In this document: positions 1-11,451 of the stretch, piece by piece
Layout: each line of letters begins with the position of its first letter
Position numbering within the stretch: the stretch's first letter is position 1
Assembly (NCBI GenBank): GCA_964187785.1
Contig: OZ076410.1
Location: 37,696,001-37,760,000 of the forward strand
DNA from: Amphiscolops sp. MND2022
Lineage: Eukaryota
Reading direction: 5' to 3'
Length of the DNA stretch: 64,000 nucleotides
Translations under genes and position numbers: made by a program
Notes under the pieces: generated by a model
Told to the model about the DNA's origin: nothing
Seen by the model: only the letters and a program-made list of their open reading frames with translations
Database searches by the model: none

Positions 1-953
1 TTAAGGAAAAAAAGCCCGACTCTTACAGTGAGTAGTTTTTTTATTTTTTTCTCAGTTGACAATCTCACTCTGAGTGGTCCACTTTTTTACAATCTTTTGT
101 TCCTTTGTTTTCTGAGAAGCTTAGTTTTTCACGACTAATTTTCTGAGAAGCAGGAGGTCGTGGGTTCGATTCTCGCACTAAACCACAAGTTTTTTATGCT
201 TCCAAAAGTAGAGGCGAGACCAAAAGGTCCCCCCTTTGGTTTTTTTTTCGGCACTATGCGACTTTTTTTCGAAAATTATCGAATTCTATCAAAGGGTACC
301 CCTTGCATTTTTTTGAAGTTTTCGGTTTCTAAAAACGTTTCATGAGCCTAAATGGTCTCCTTTCTAAGTTTTTCGGCATTGTGCGACTTTTTTTTAAAAA
401 AAATATTTTTGAAAAAAAATGTTTCCAAATCTTTCTAATAGTTGTTCCTTGAATATTTTTGAGCCTTAGATATGGCGCCGACTTCGGACGTTCCCGTCTT
501 GTTTTCTTTTTCAGCTAACAACCTCACTCTGAATGGTCCACTTTTTTACAATCTTTTGTTCATTTGTTCAACTAATTTTCTGAGAAGCAGAAGATCGCGG
601 GTTCGAGTGAGTCTCGCACTAAACCACAAATTTTTAAATGTTTCCAAAAGTAGAGGGTAGACCAAAGGGTCCCTTTGGGTTTTTTCCGGCACTATGTGAC
701 TTTTCGAAAATTTTCGAATTCTATCAAAGGGTACCCCTTCATTTTTTTGAAGTTTTTGGTTTGTAAAAACGTTTAATGAGCCTGAATGGCCTCTTTTCGA
801 GTTTTTCGGTATTGTGCGAGTTTATTAAAAAATATTTTTGAAATATTTTTTCCAAAAATACTTTTTGAAAAAATCCACATGTTTCCAATAGTTGTTCCTT
901 GAATATTTTTGAGCCTTAGATATGGCGCCGACTTGGGACGTTCCCGTCTTGTT
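1..953 (-). mobile_element. Two tandem copies of non-autonomous Helentron/HINE-like family A (1-503, 504-953)
   Basis: Both copies end in GCCTTAGATATGGCGCCGACTT(C/G)GGACGTTCCCGTCTTGTT, the reverse complement of the family 5' end. They share internal blocks (GGTCCACTTTTTTAC, AAAGGGTACCCC). Half of the terminal hairpin (GGAAAAAAAGCCCGACT) is at the window start. Confidence 0.6.
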
Positions 954-1767
954 AGTTCACAAATGAGAAAAATACAAATGAGAGTCAATTTTAATGCATT
1001 AGAGTATAAGCCGTTTATAACGTCTTTAAGAGTGCACAGAGTCCTTCAAAAATAATCAGGTTCGGATATAAAAGCATTATTTCTACCCTATCTAGGTCAT
1101 CACTAAGTCCGGATTACGCAATCATGTTTGAATCGAGCCAGGCTAACAACAATGAAATAAGAGGGTTTTACCTTTCTGTGATTTCTCTGTACCCACACTC
1201 TGGGCGTCGAGTCTCTGGGACAGCACGTACAGCATTTCTCCTCCCAGGTTGACAAACAACAGGGGCAGAGTGTGTGCCGCCATATCTGCCTATCTGAAAG
1301 AAAAATCCACACGCTTCTTAGGTGAGAAGCAGGACTACACATGTTCGAGTCTTGGACTAAACCTAATTTTTAGTCGGCGCATTTTCCTTCAAAGGAAAAA
1401 CGCCCGACTCTTACAGTGACCTTTTTTTCTTCAGACCACAGACCTCACACTATAACGTCCACTTTTACAGAAACTACTACAACAACTGAGGCCAAGTCCG
1501 GCTAGCGGAAATTTAGTGCAAAGGATTCTTCCTTTCATGTTTTACATTGAGCCTTTAAGAACATTTAAGACATTGAACTTCGGGTATAAAAATTTCATAT
1601 CCTCACCCAGAGGCTCACGAAAAGCTTGATAAACATTTGAGTTGAAAGCCAGTTGTTCGTGGAATGCAGTCTCTCGGTAGTTGCATTCAATAGAGATAGT
1701 CAACGAAAACATTTTCGCTGAAAACAACGAAGATGAAATTACGGCAAAATGAATACGAAAAAGGTGG

Positions 1768-2362
1768 GAAAGGCCCAAGTTGGCACACACTCACGTTTCA
1801 AAAATGATTTTTATTATGCAAAGGTATACTTTGTGAAAAGTTCATTAAATTTACAGTGCCGAAAAATACCTGAAGGTATACCCATACATAGCCGAAAAAG
1901 GAACTTTAGGCTCGCCAAACGCTTTTTCAGGCCGAAAACATTTATCAAAGTGAAGGACGGTCAACCCTTTGACAGTTGGAAAAGAGAAGTAGGAAAATTC
2001 TCACAATATCGTAAAAAAATCTAAAGAGGGGACCCTTTGGCTTCAAAAGATTTTGTATCAATGCTAAATACCAGAAAAAAGCCAAAGGGGGCCCTTTTGT
2101 AACATTGAAAAACTCGAAGAAACGTTATATCCGGTATGCGTTAAGTCCGGTATGGGTTGTTATTGTCGAAGGGGGCCCTTTAGCACTTAGAAATTTAGCA
2201 TGTTTATAGTTTAAATGTAGCATGTATATAGCCAAAAGAGACTGCCAAAAATGAAAAACTTGAATTATTTTGACCGGTTCAGGTCTATCGAGAAAACCAT
2301 GTGTGCCGAAAAGCCGTGACTATAGTCGGCTCTTTTCCAAAGAAAAGCGCTGACTGAAAATA
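1768..2362 (+). mobile_element. Family A Helentron/HINE-like element, diverged copy
   Basis: Starts AAGGTGGGAAAGGCCCAAGTTGGCAC and ends ACTATAGTCGGCTCTTTTCCAAAGAAAAGCGCTGACTGAAAA (3' stem-loop). Boundaries are approximate. Confidence 0.5.
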
Positions 2363-2799
2363 TTAATAAACAGTAATGGCTTTTTGCATTGGTTCGCTTT
2401 GTGTGAATGAAAGTGTCTCACGGTTGCTGAGTTAGATTAGCTGCTGAGAGAGAACATTTTGTTAGGATAACTTGGTCGAAAAAAAGGTTGGCTGACCGCG
2501 TTGTAACAAAAGTCCAGCTAATGCTGGATCTCTTAAATGGTAAAGGAACACGGAGGCAAGCCCATTGCCTGACTCTTCTAGAAAAACGCTTTTTGCAGAT
2601 GGGATACAAAGCAAGCAGAGACGCTTTGAGAAAAGTCATTAGAAATTAAAAGGGGGTGGCAGCCGGTACTTCTTTATCATGAAACAAATTAAATTATTTA
2701 CAAAGCAAAAAATATTAAAAGACCATACAAGAATATCATTTTCAACTTCATCATCAATCGAATGGACAGTTTGAGAAAATCGAAAAAAGGCCCAAAATG

Positions 2800-3344
2800 G
2801 GCTGTTTTTCAGTCGGTGTTTTCGAAGAAAATGCACGACTCTTAGTGGCTAGTTTTTTTCGTCAGTTCAACGCGATCGGTCCCTTTTTTGTTCAACTTTG
2901 TTTTCAATTTTAGAAGCAGGAGAGCGTGGGTTCGAGTCTCACGCTAAACCACAAGTTTTTTAATGTTTCCAAAAGTAGAGCGTAGACCAAAGGGTCCCTT
3001 TGGGTTTTTTTTCGGCACTAAGCAACTTTTTTCCGAAAACTTTTGAATTTTATCAAAGGGAACCCCTTCATTTTTTTTGAAGTTTTTGGTTTGTAAAAAC
3101 GTTTAATGAGCCTGAAGGGTCTCTTTTTGGGTTCTTCGGAATTATGCGACTTTTTTTACCAAATACTTTGTAATTTTTCAAAGAGGCAGATTAGTTTTTT
3201 CCGGTGTAGAAAAAACTTTTCGATTTTCGGGGAAAAACCTTTCGGAATTTTTCGGTACTGTGTGATAAATGAAAAATAGGCTGTTTTTCGTTGAATATTA
3301 TTGAGCCTAGATATGACGCCGACTTGGGCCGTTCCCGGCTTGTT
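2800..3344 (-). mobile_element. Family A Helentron/HINE-like element
   Basis: Hairpin AGTCGGTGTTTTCGAAGAAAATGCACGACT at ~2810 and GAGCCTAGATATGACGCCGACTTGGGCCGTTCCCGGCTTGTT at 3303-3344. Internal blocks match 130-500. Confidence 0.6.
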
Positions 3345-4157
3345 GGTCATTTTTGGACTAATTTTGGCTATGTTTCTCACATCCCAAGCATACGAATTTG
3401 AAACCATTGTGCACGCAGGAGCACCTTTGGGTGTAGAATGACTGTGCAAAATTTTATGGAAATAGTTTCTGAGAAAGTTGAAATTTTCATTGAAAGCTCG
3501 GGAGAAAAAAAATCGTCACGATTGCATAAGTAGTCGAAAATTTTTTCCGCCTCCTAAAATTAATTGTACTCAGTCTTAAAAAAAATCTCGCTCGAGCAGC
3601 AACGAAAGAAATAGAGAATAAATTAATTGAAGCTTCGTAGAAAACAATGGATCATTTAATGAGATGCATTTAAAGTTCATTACAAACAGAATAATCATGT
3701 TGCATACTAAATTTACTCAGTTAAAAAGCAGAAAGCAGCTCGAAAAACTGAAGCAAATCAATCTTACAACTAAGATTTAAATCATTGATGATTTTTCAGA
3801 AGATTTCAAAAATAAAGCACGCACGTCGTATTTCTTGTTCCAAAAAGCCGCATTTATCCGAGAAATAATCGCATAAGTCGCGGCAGTTTTTGACCACAGC
3901 GTAAATGCATTTTTAATTCGCTGACCTTAAGAATCGAACACCAACTCTGTAAGTGAATTTCGTGATTTTCCCGCTACAAATTCGTGGAACAATTTCGACT
4001 GATACCAAATCAAACAAGAATTCAAAGACAAAATTTTGAGACTGAAGTTATTGACTGCTCCGTCATATTTGAAGTTTTGATGTATAAAATCATTTGTTCG
4101 CCTTTAGAATATCAGTCGATGGTCAAAAGTAATTTTCCAACAAAATCACAGAAACAA

Positions 4158-5038
4158 TCACGACATATTTGAAAGAATACTGCGAGCAATAAGAGCTTCT
4201 TCTAGGCAATCCATCTGTTCGCTGATTGGCTGAACGAGGGCTAAAAAGTCCATGGATTTGTATCTCGGCTGCTCGCTCATCAGAGACGCATTTTTCACGG
4301 CTAAGTCCAAGAGAGATAACATGTCGACTCTTTCTTGAGAGCCGTGGGATAAATTACTCATTGATACCAGAATTACATCCATGATCACCTTCAAGTCATT
4401 GGTATATATCTTCTTAATGGCAGCCCGGTTTGAAAAGATGTCAATCATTAGTTTTAAGACACTGTTAGACTCATTTATCTGAGATTTGTTCATATAAAAC
4501 TGCGATAGAGGATCTACATTGCGGTTGAAGAGGGTTATAATTTCTGTCAAAAACAAGTCTGTGACTGAGTGATTGCTACAGGCTACAAGACATTTGAGAA
4601 AGGTGTTTTGAGAGGGATATATGAAGCCCAGATTTAAGGATAGAACCATGGGTATCACAATATCGATGGCAGCTTCACACGAAGTGATGTCATTCAGCAG
4701 GGTGGAACATTGTTCCTTTGTGACAGTGTTGGCTAGTTGGGCACCACCCTGGACTAACATAAACGTGGCCAGGATACTCCACGACTTGCAGTCCGAGAGC
4801 CGGTTGTGGAAGGCAATTTGGAAAAGGGACACATTGCGCACAAGGTGAGAAGAGGCGTTCTCAGAGCAGAGAATTATGTCAAGGATGAAGCCCAGGATAA
4901 TTTCCACTGTCTCTTCATTCGGGCAAGGCGTGGAGCCTGACATGTGGGATTCGTTGCGCTCTCCGTTCATGGATTCCACTGATGATGTGATATAAAGGGA
5001 CAAGTAATCTATTAGAGGTAGCACCGATGACTGGTTTA
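4158..5038 (-). CDS. NCKIPSD: SPIN90/NCKIPSD (WISH/DIP/SPIN90 family) like protein, last exon (armadillo-like/DUF2013 region)
   Basis: VLSLNLGF...FLTEIITLFNRNVDP...NSVLKLMIDIFSN...IYTNDLKVIMDVILVSMSNLSHGSQERVDMLSLL parallels, from memory, human SPIN90 LLALNLHL...FSEKLLLLLNRGDDP...SVLKFLQDVF...[33 protein letters not shown]. Acceptor TGTTTCAG at 5039 is phase 1. Confidence 0.7.
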
Positions 5039-6076
5039 CTGAAACACACACAAAACGTTGAAACAAAATCATGAAATACCGATTTGGTCATTTCGAAAAA
5101 CGGAAGGCAAGATAGATGCGAACAAAATCTTGCTCGATATCTTAGATTTTGTTAATAAAATGCAATCAATGGATTCAAGATCCATTGGAACTTTGAAATA
5201 ATTCGGCAACTTCACAAAAACCTTCGAGTTTAATATGTTCATTGTCAAATGAAAAACATACTTTTTGAAGGTTTTTTTCTATCTTCACGACAAGCGTTAA
5301 AGATTTTGAACATATGCACCTGGGAGGGAGGGTTTTTGATACCAAGGCTTGCTTAATCTTGACTTGAAAATTCTTGAAATCTCGAACCAAGTGATAATTT
5401 CGAACTACTGTCGAACCAATAGTGAATGCAACATTTTTTCTGTCTTCAATCACAACCGCCAAGCTGAATTTGTAGGAAAAATCTATAGTTAACAGAACAT
5501 ATTTAGAACTTTTTCTTAGATAAAAGCAGACGAAATGATTTCCATTTCAGCGCTTCCAAGCCACGTCACTGATTGATTCCTCGAAACCAATCTTACTTGA
5601 CGTCATTGTTATCTAGACAACATGAGTTACCCATCCCTAATGACGCACTAATGCAGAAGAGAATAATTGAGTAAGAAAACTATCGTTGCAAGGGAATAAT
5701 TAAGACTATCATCGTTGCAAGGAGCACTTAAACCGACACAAATGTCTTATCACCCACAACAAATAGCACTTCAGAAGATCAATAACGCAGGAGAAAGTAA
5801 TCCAATACGTCGAACAGATCATTCAACATGCCTGGAATAAATGAGAGCAAGCTCAAATGCATGATTCTTCCAAAAACAACGTCTACCATTCATTGTTTCA
5901 AATTGACGCACAGAAGAGATGCAACACCATGTACACGGCAAGTCTATGAAATGCTAGAAACGTCATTGCTTACTGTGATACCATTTCACTAAAAAATAGC
6001 GCATGCGAACATGATCATGAAGCGACCCGAATCATAAAGAACTTCGAATTTACATGAAACAAGTATTTGGGCTAAC

Positions 6077-6671
6077 CTGAATTAGAAATATGTGTTAGAA
6101 TATCTTTCCACTGGTTGTTCATTATGGATACAAGTTCCTCGATACTCTTGGCATTATCGAATACATTGCAAGTAGAATTCCTATCCAGGACCATATCGCC
6201 TTCAGCCAAAGAATCCAGCTCCAGATTATTTACATTGCCGCCTGCACATAAAGCCCCCACGTTGTTGTTGCTACATGTAATGGAAGTTAGTGCAAAAGAT
6301 AATGAGTTGAGCAGGTTTCTTTCTGGATCCACTTTCATGTAGAACATTTTCGACAGACATTCTTTCGCGACAGTGTCACTAACTTGGCAGACAATTGTGG
6401 AGTTGATCAATTGGATAATCTCATCGCATGTTTTCTCGGCACAATTGCGATCGCAAGTCGTGTTGTTTTCTATAACTTGCACAATGTCTGCATAGATACT
6501 ACCAATGTTTGGCTTCGCAGAACTATTTCCTCCAGCCTTTTGTGATACTTTGGTTCCATTTTCTTGAATTACGGGTTTCGAGTCCACTGGTTTAGTTGAA
6601 GAACGCACGCCAGCGCTCTTAGCCGTCGGGTTTTGCCCGACAGGCCGAGTAGGAGCAGTCTTCTTATTCAT
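6077..6671 (-). CDS. NCKIPSD: Probable first coding exon of the SPIN90/NCKIPSD-like gene (low-complexity N-terminus, then helical)
   Basis: ATG at 6671 is directly preceded by an in-frame TAA. Donor G|GTTAGC at 6076 is phase 1 and joins the 5038 exon in frame (NS-V-NQ), giving about 491 aa. Confidence 0.55.
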
Positions 6672-7870
6672 TTATATACAACTGACTGACAATAAAATCA
6701 TCTGAAAAGAGAACAAATATGTACATGTATTTTGATGATTATAAAGTAACTGGGCGAAGAATACGAACCAATTTAGGGCAAGCTATCAAACAAATTAAGA
6801 ATACGTCATTAAAATTACCACCAACACTGCCAGTTCGATTAGACAAGAAGTTTGAACAGCAATGAGAAAGATAACAGAATCCAAGTTGTAAATATGTCCC
6901 ATTTTATTACGGGCATTCTATAATTTTGCAATATGATCATCAATTTGCAATACTAAAGATATGCAAACTGCTCAATTCCAAAAGAATCCCTCAAAATGAA
7001 TCAATTTCTGCGGAGCAGTTCTAATTTAGATTGCTCCTAAATTTCTATAGACGATTTCGATTATTCTGAAACTTGGCTAACAATCGTCCTGCATATATTT
7101 TTTCATTTCTCAGCTAATACTGCGTCGATGGTTACCTTGAATTCAAGTGATACCAGAGAGGACAGAAAACACCCATTTATCATTGTTTTAAGAAAACATT
7201 GAGTTTCATTTCAGCTGGAAATATAAAAGGAATTGTAATTCAAGAATTTCGAAATAACTGTTAAAAGGCAGACAATACAGGAACAAAATTTCGGGTCTAA
7301 ACATATCTGCAAAAAAACTACAAAAGTATCAACTAGGGGTTTTAGTCGATACTTCTATGATAATTCAGTGATATCCGATTTCACCTCTAAAATGAAGGTC
7401 TTTTTCTATGAACATTAATTTCTTGACAATGAAAGCAAAACCCTTTTTGGCAATGAAAGCAAAACTTTCAGAAAAACCTTGTTTGAAAGCTATCATTTTT
7501 TTGAAAGAAAAAAGATAAAAACTGGACAATACATTTTCGGTCGTGAAAAATTATTTAATCTTCACCAAAATCTAAAATTTACAGAAAAGAAGTAAGACAT
7601 GATTTCACAAGATCGAATATGGAAGCGAAACCGTTATTGTCAACAAAACTCACATTCCCATTCTTATCGATCCATTCTAACTTTCTGATTTTAACCTACG
7701 AATCTTCAAAGACATCGTCTCGTTTATATCGCTTTCCATTTGTTCATGTCACGCTCGAGTCTCAAACGTGCTTCATCAGTCTTCTACGCCTCTTCATAAA
7801 ACAGCTTGACCCTGTTTAGCTCAACGTTTGCGCACGTCCAACTATCAAAAGTCTCCCAATTTCACGTTGC

Positions 7871-8479
7871 TCATCGCTTTTTATGACTTTTATCCTTCCG
7901 TTTTCGTCCTCGCGATCGAGACCTGGATTTTCGTTTGTGGCCGCGTCGATCATTGCTTTGATGAGGCGATCTGTCCCTACTGGATGAATGTCTCCGATGC
8001 TTTCGTCCGTTCTCTGATTCTCCATTTCTCATTTCATCTCGATCACGTTTGTGACTATTTCGATCAGGCGAGAAGTCTCGTTTCCTATCAGCATCTTTCC
8101 TCGAACAACGATCACTACGATGACCGTCCTCGCGATGACGATGCGGAGAAGCAGGAGACCCACGACGAACACTTACTTTTCCGTCTTTACTATTTTCCCC
8201 ACGTCGTCCCTCGGCTTTGGAATTTTTCACAGAATGGTTAGAAGATTTCATAACAGCTGGGTTCCCATTCGGAGTATCTTCGTTATCGCTCAGAGCACTG
8301 GCAAGTTTCTTGGTTCCTACCGAACTTTGAGATTTGTCTCCGTTTTTGAAGCCCTTCCTCTGCTTAAGAAAAGCTTGCCATCTCATTTTGGATACACTCT
8401 GGCTAAAGTCGACGTGGATTCTTCGATCGTCTATCAAGACGTTGTCCATTTTGAAATACGCCTTTTCACAATCTTCTTT
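7871..8479 (-). CDS. PPIL4: PPIL4 exon 5 (end of RRM plus Arg/Ser/His-rich tail)
   Basis: [31 protein letters not shown] matches the PPIL4 RRM C-terminus. Acceptor TTGTTCCAG at 8480 is phase 0. Confidence 0.95.
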   Translation of the reverse strand, partial: KEDCEKAYFKMDNVLIDDRRIHVDFSQSVSKMRWQAFLKQRKGFKNGDKSQSSVGTKKLASALSDNEDTPNGNPAVMKSSNHSVKNSKAEGRRGENSKDGKVSVRRGSPASPHRHREDGHRSDRCSRKDADRKRDFSPDRNSHKRDRDEMRNGESENGRKHRRHSSSRDRSPHQSNDRRGHKRKSRSRSRGRKRKDKSHKKR

Positions 8480-8626
8480 CTGGAACAACATAACATTTAT
8501 TTCGAGCAGTCCCTAGACCGCTTTTACCTCTCATACTCAACATGTGATTCCCGGTGTCCCTATTTATTGATGCGTATGGGGGAGGTTGACGTTCGAGAGA
8601 TAGAAAAAAATCGCGAAACTACTCTT

Positions 8627-8980
8627 AAGCCGGGAACGGCCCAAGTCGGCGCCATATCTAAGGCTCAAAAATAGCAAAAGGACTTCAAAGTGTCAAGTAT
8701 TCTCTTCTACAGTACCCGCATGAGGAAAAAATTGGAAAAAAAGTTCAATTTTTTCAAAACTTATTTTTGGTCCCCGGAAGTCGCATAATGCCGAAAAATG
8801 TAAAAGGGTCCTCGAAAAAGCCTAATTAACTTCTATCTCAAGTGCCAGTAGAAGTGTGGCATTTAGTGTTAGTTCAAGTCAGCTTATAAAGCTTATAAAA
8901 TCTGTCACTTCGTTGGTCTTCAAAAAAAAGTCACCACTACAGTCTGCGTTTTTCTACGAAAAGCGCCGACTAAAAACTAG
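8627..8980 (+). mobile_element. Family A Helentron/HINE-like element in PPIL4 intron 4
   Basis: 5' AAGCCGGGAACGGCCCAAGTCGGCGCCATATCTAAGGCTC; 3' stem-loop AGTCTGCGTTTTTCTACGAAAAGCGCCGACT followed by AAAAACTAG. Hairpin plus CTAG is a rolling-circle-type terminus, and AGTCGGCGC/GCGCCGACT forms a subterminal inverted repeat. Confidence 0.65.
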
Positions 8981-9127
8981 AAACTTCAGAAAAATTTAAA
9001 ACTTCATTTCTAAACTAGGAAATTTTTGGAAACCTTCGAGAATAACCGCAAAAAATTGATAAATGAGCAGTATATTTCGATCGGTGCGAGTTCAACAGAC
9101 GGGCCTTGAAAGAAGTGCAAAAGAAGA

Positions 9128-9133
9128 GCTATG
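9128..9133. repeat. Polinton target-site duplication GCTATG (left copy; right copy 22911-22916)
   Basis: Identical 6-mer directly flanks both element termini. A 6-bp TSD is typical of Polintons. Confidence 0.95.
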
Positions 9134-9253
9134 AGTAGTAAGGGAAGGGAGGGTTTACTGCAATTTTTCGATCCCAAACCATCATCTGCAATTTTTCGAT
9201 CCCAAACCACCGAGTGTAAAATTTCGATCCCAAACCGAAATTCTGCTAAGTCA
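9134..9253 (+). repeat. Left TIR of Polinton
   Basis: Reverse complement of 22791-22910, with 9 mismatches in 120 nt by manual alignment. Contains three AATTT(T)TCGATCCCAAACC-type repeats. Confidence 0.95.
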
Positions 9254-9726
9254 TAAAGGTCAAAGTTTGAATTCACTCCAACTGTCATTTTTATTTGCTA
9301 ATTACACCAACTATCATTTCTAGCGAGACAATTACTTATCAAAACGAAGAAACTGAGGAAATCTGAAAAGTCAACGAAACTGACGTTTTACTAACACCAG
9401 CTTAGATTTGCAGAAACTGCAAATTCTTTTTCAAAATTGAATCACTAACCCGTATATCGGCACAGAACAATTCCAGTTGAATAAAATAAATCTCGAGCTT
9501 TTGATAATAGAGGATGTGAAATGACGTACTCCGGTAACTGGAAAACCTGCAAAAACTGAACCAGCAGTATCTTGTTCCTATATTAATGCTGGAATCATGA
9601 TTGAAAATTCCGTGACTAGAGGAAAATTCCGTATCGAGGAGTTAACTAAAAATAAATCAAAACCGACCATTTCTTTGCTGATTAGTCTCAAATTCAGTTG
9701 GTTTTGACTCTATTCAAGTTATTCTG

Positions 9727-10582
9727 ATGGCGACTGTGTTCAGGGAAATTCCATCGAAATACTGGTTGATTTTATTCCACTCTGAAAATAACATCTCAAA
9801 CACTTCTCAGGAAACAGAAACTGAGGCTTCAGGAGCAGCTTGTATTCCAACTAGTTTGTCTAATTTGTTGGAGATCCTCGTTTGCTCGCATGATGCGCAA
9901 TATATCAGACGGCAACACAAGGAAAACGATTGCAACCATGGAGAATCGAGAAGCTTCTGTGAAAATTTCCCTCTTGATCATCATCATGTACTACTCTACA
10001 TTCCCAACTCCACAAATATTCAGGATGTGTTGAAACAGACTGTGACACAAGTTCTATCAACAGCACAGAACGCGTATGCGAAGATTTTCACTGTTTCTTA
10101 CCCCGAGAATTTTATAAAGTCAGAGGCAGCTGTTTCAAAAAAATTCCTTCTGCATTAGAGGGGAAAAAAGTCAATATCTAATGAATCAGAAGACAACTGA
10201 AGATTTGGGATGCACATTCAATTGCGTTTGGGAGTATCAAAAGCACAATTCACTGGGAGCATGCAACGACAACGAAAAAGCTCTGTACGTCTTCCAAAAA
10301 CTATTAGAATTGGAAAAATCGGAATCGCCTTTCAAAGATACCATTGTATCCTACATCGATCTCCTACAGAGAGGAGCAGGCAGACTTTTCTTGTCTGAAC
10401 ACAGTCGCACCCTAGATATCGACTTAGGTTGGACAAATGCTCAGTGTATGTGTTTCGATTGCTTGAATCAACAGCCTATGCAGCAAGAGGGAACAGAAAG
10501 TGAGAGAAACCGAAGTTATACAAATCAACTGTTTTCAGTGTATGATGAAGACACGCTCATTGATACATCATCATTATTGTAA
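9727..10582 (+). pseudogene. Polinton ORF of unknown function, probably one gene split by a 1-nt slip in an A7 run (ORFs 9727-10158 and 10181-10582)
   Basis: Removing one A at 10137-10143 gives AAVSK-NSFCIRGEKSQYL-MNQKTT, open into the second ORF. No recognisable motif. Confidence 0.45.
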
Positions 10583-10629
10583 AATAATTGTTGAAATTCA
10601 GTTGCTTCTCAATTCAGCTTTTACTAACA

Positions 10630-11037
10630 ATGTTTTCATCCGAAGATATTTGTCACAACTTTGTCAAAGTAAAGTATTGGTTTCCGAAAAACTCAACTTC
10701 TAAAAATGCATTTCTCGCAGTATGTTGGTCTTTGGATGAAACAATTGATTTGCACAAGGTCAATTCAAAGGCGCCTTTTGGAGGTAATATTGGTCCAGGT
10801 GACAGTAGCCTCCATGATCTACTAAAATTTTCAAAAATAATCCGAATGCACGCAATTTTCCACGACGCCCATGACTACATGCGAACTGAAAACGGTATTG
10901 GCCCTGGTTATGTCTACACTTTGACTGACAAAAAGTTATTCCGGAATAACATGCTATTGGGACACTTCTCAGGAATTCTCTATTGGACTTTCGTCAAATT
11001 TTTCAACTCTGAGTACTTTGAAAAGTTTCCATTTTGA
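10630..11037 (+). CDS. Phospholipase A2-like small protein (parvovirus VP1u-type motif), 135 aa
   Basis: GGNIGPGD (Ca-loop-like GPG) followed about 17 residues later by HAIFHDAHDY (HD dyad), then GPGYVY and a hydrophobic C-terminal segment. Confidence 0.5.
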   Translation: MFSSEDICHNFVKVKYWFPKNSTSKNAFLAVCWSLDETIDLHKVNSKAPFGGNIGPGDSSLHDLLKFSKIIRMHAIFHDAHDYMRTENGIGPGYVYTLTDKKLFRNNMLLGHFSGILYWTFVKFFNSEYFEKFPF

Positions 11038-11097
11038 TCATTCTTGCTCTGTTAATCGCTTGAAGCAGTCGCCTCCAAAACTGTCAAATCAAAAGTG

Positions 11098-11451
11098 ATG
11101 ACAAATTTTGATACGAATAGTTCTAGTGGATATATCAGTGAACTCTCTCTGCACAATACGCAAGATCAACCGGATACAGCCAACTTTTCGCAGTTAAACA
11201 TTGATAGAATTGTATTCGACGAAAATAACCAGGAAAGACCACCGTTCAATTTCGGTCTCTTCTGTGGTAGTAACTGTAAATTTGACCGATCACTCCTAGT
11301 GATATTGATACACCACTTGATTATTTTTATGCTGGTTGTGTTTTGCATCACTTTCCTAACAGTTTGTGAAACCGAAAACAGATTTGCTTCAGGAATACTT
11401 GCGCTTTTGTCTGCATGCTTTGGCCACATTCTCCCAGCTCCTAAACAATGA
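11098..11451 (+). CDS. Small two-transmembrane protein
   Basis: Hydrophobic stretches SLLVILIHHLIIFMLVVFCITFLTV and FASGILALLSACFGHILP. Its stop overlaps the ATPase ATG (ATGA). Confidence 0.65.
   Translation: MTNFDTNSSSGYISELSLHNTQDQPDTANFSQLNIDRIVFDENNQERPPFNFGLFCGSNCKFDRSLLVILIHHLIIFMLVVFCITFLTVCETENRFASGILALLSACFGHILPAPKQ

Noticed and set aside
140-185. tRNA-like GGTCGTGGGTTCGATTCTCGCACTAAACCA (also at ~595 and ~2925)
   Set aside because: Only a T-arm/B-box-like half is present, with no D-arm or anticodon stem. It lies inside family A repeats, so it is not called as a tRNA gene.
5175-5462. 95-aa minus-strand ORF inside the SPIN90-like intron
   Set aside because: No SPIN90 similarity, no convincing flanking splice sites, and the two-exon model already closes in frame. 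It could be a TE remnant.
7828-8674. Long + strand ORFs (137 aa and 207 aa)
   Set aside because: Antisense shadows of the low-complexity PPIL4 last exon, running into a family A repeat.
9159-9240. Short direct repeats resembling a mini CRISPR array
   Set aside because: The spacers are tiny and the array is mirrored at 22805-22885. It is Polinton TIR structure in a eukaryotic context with no cas genes.
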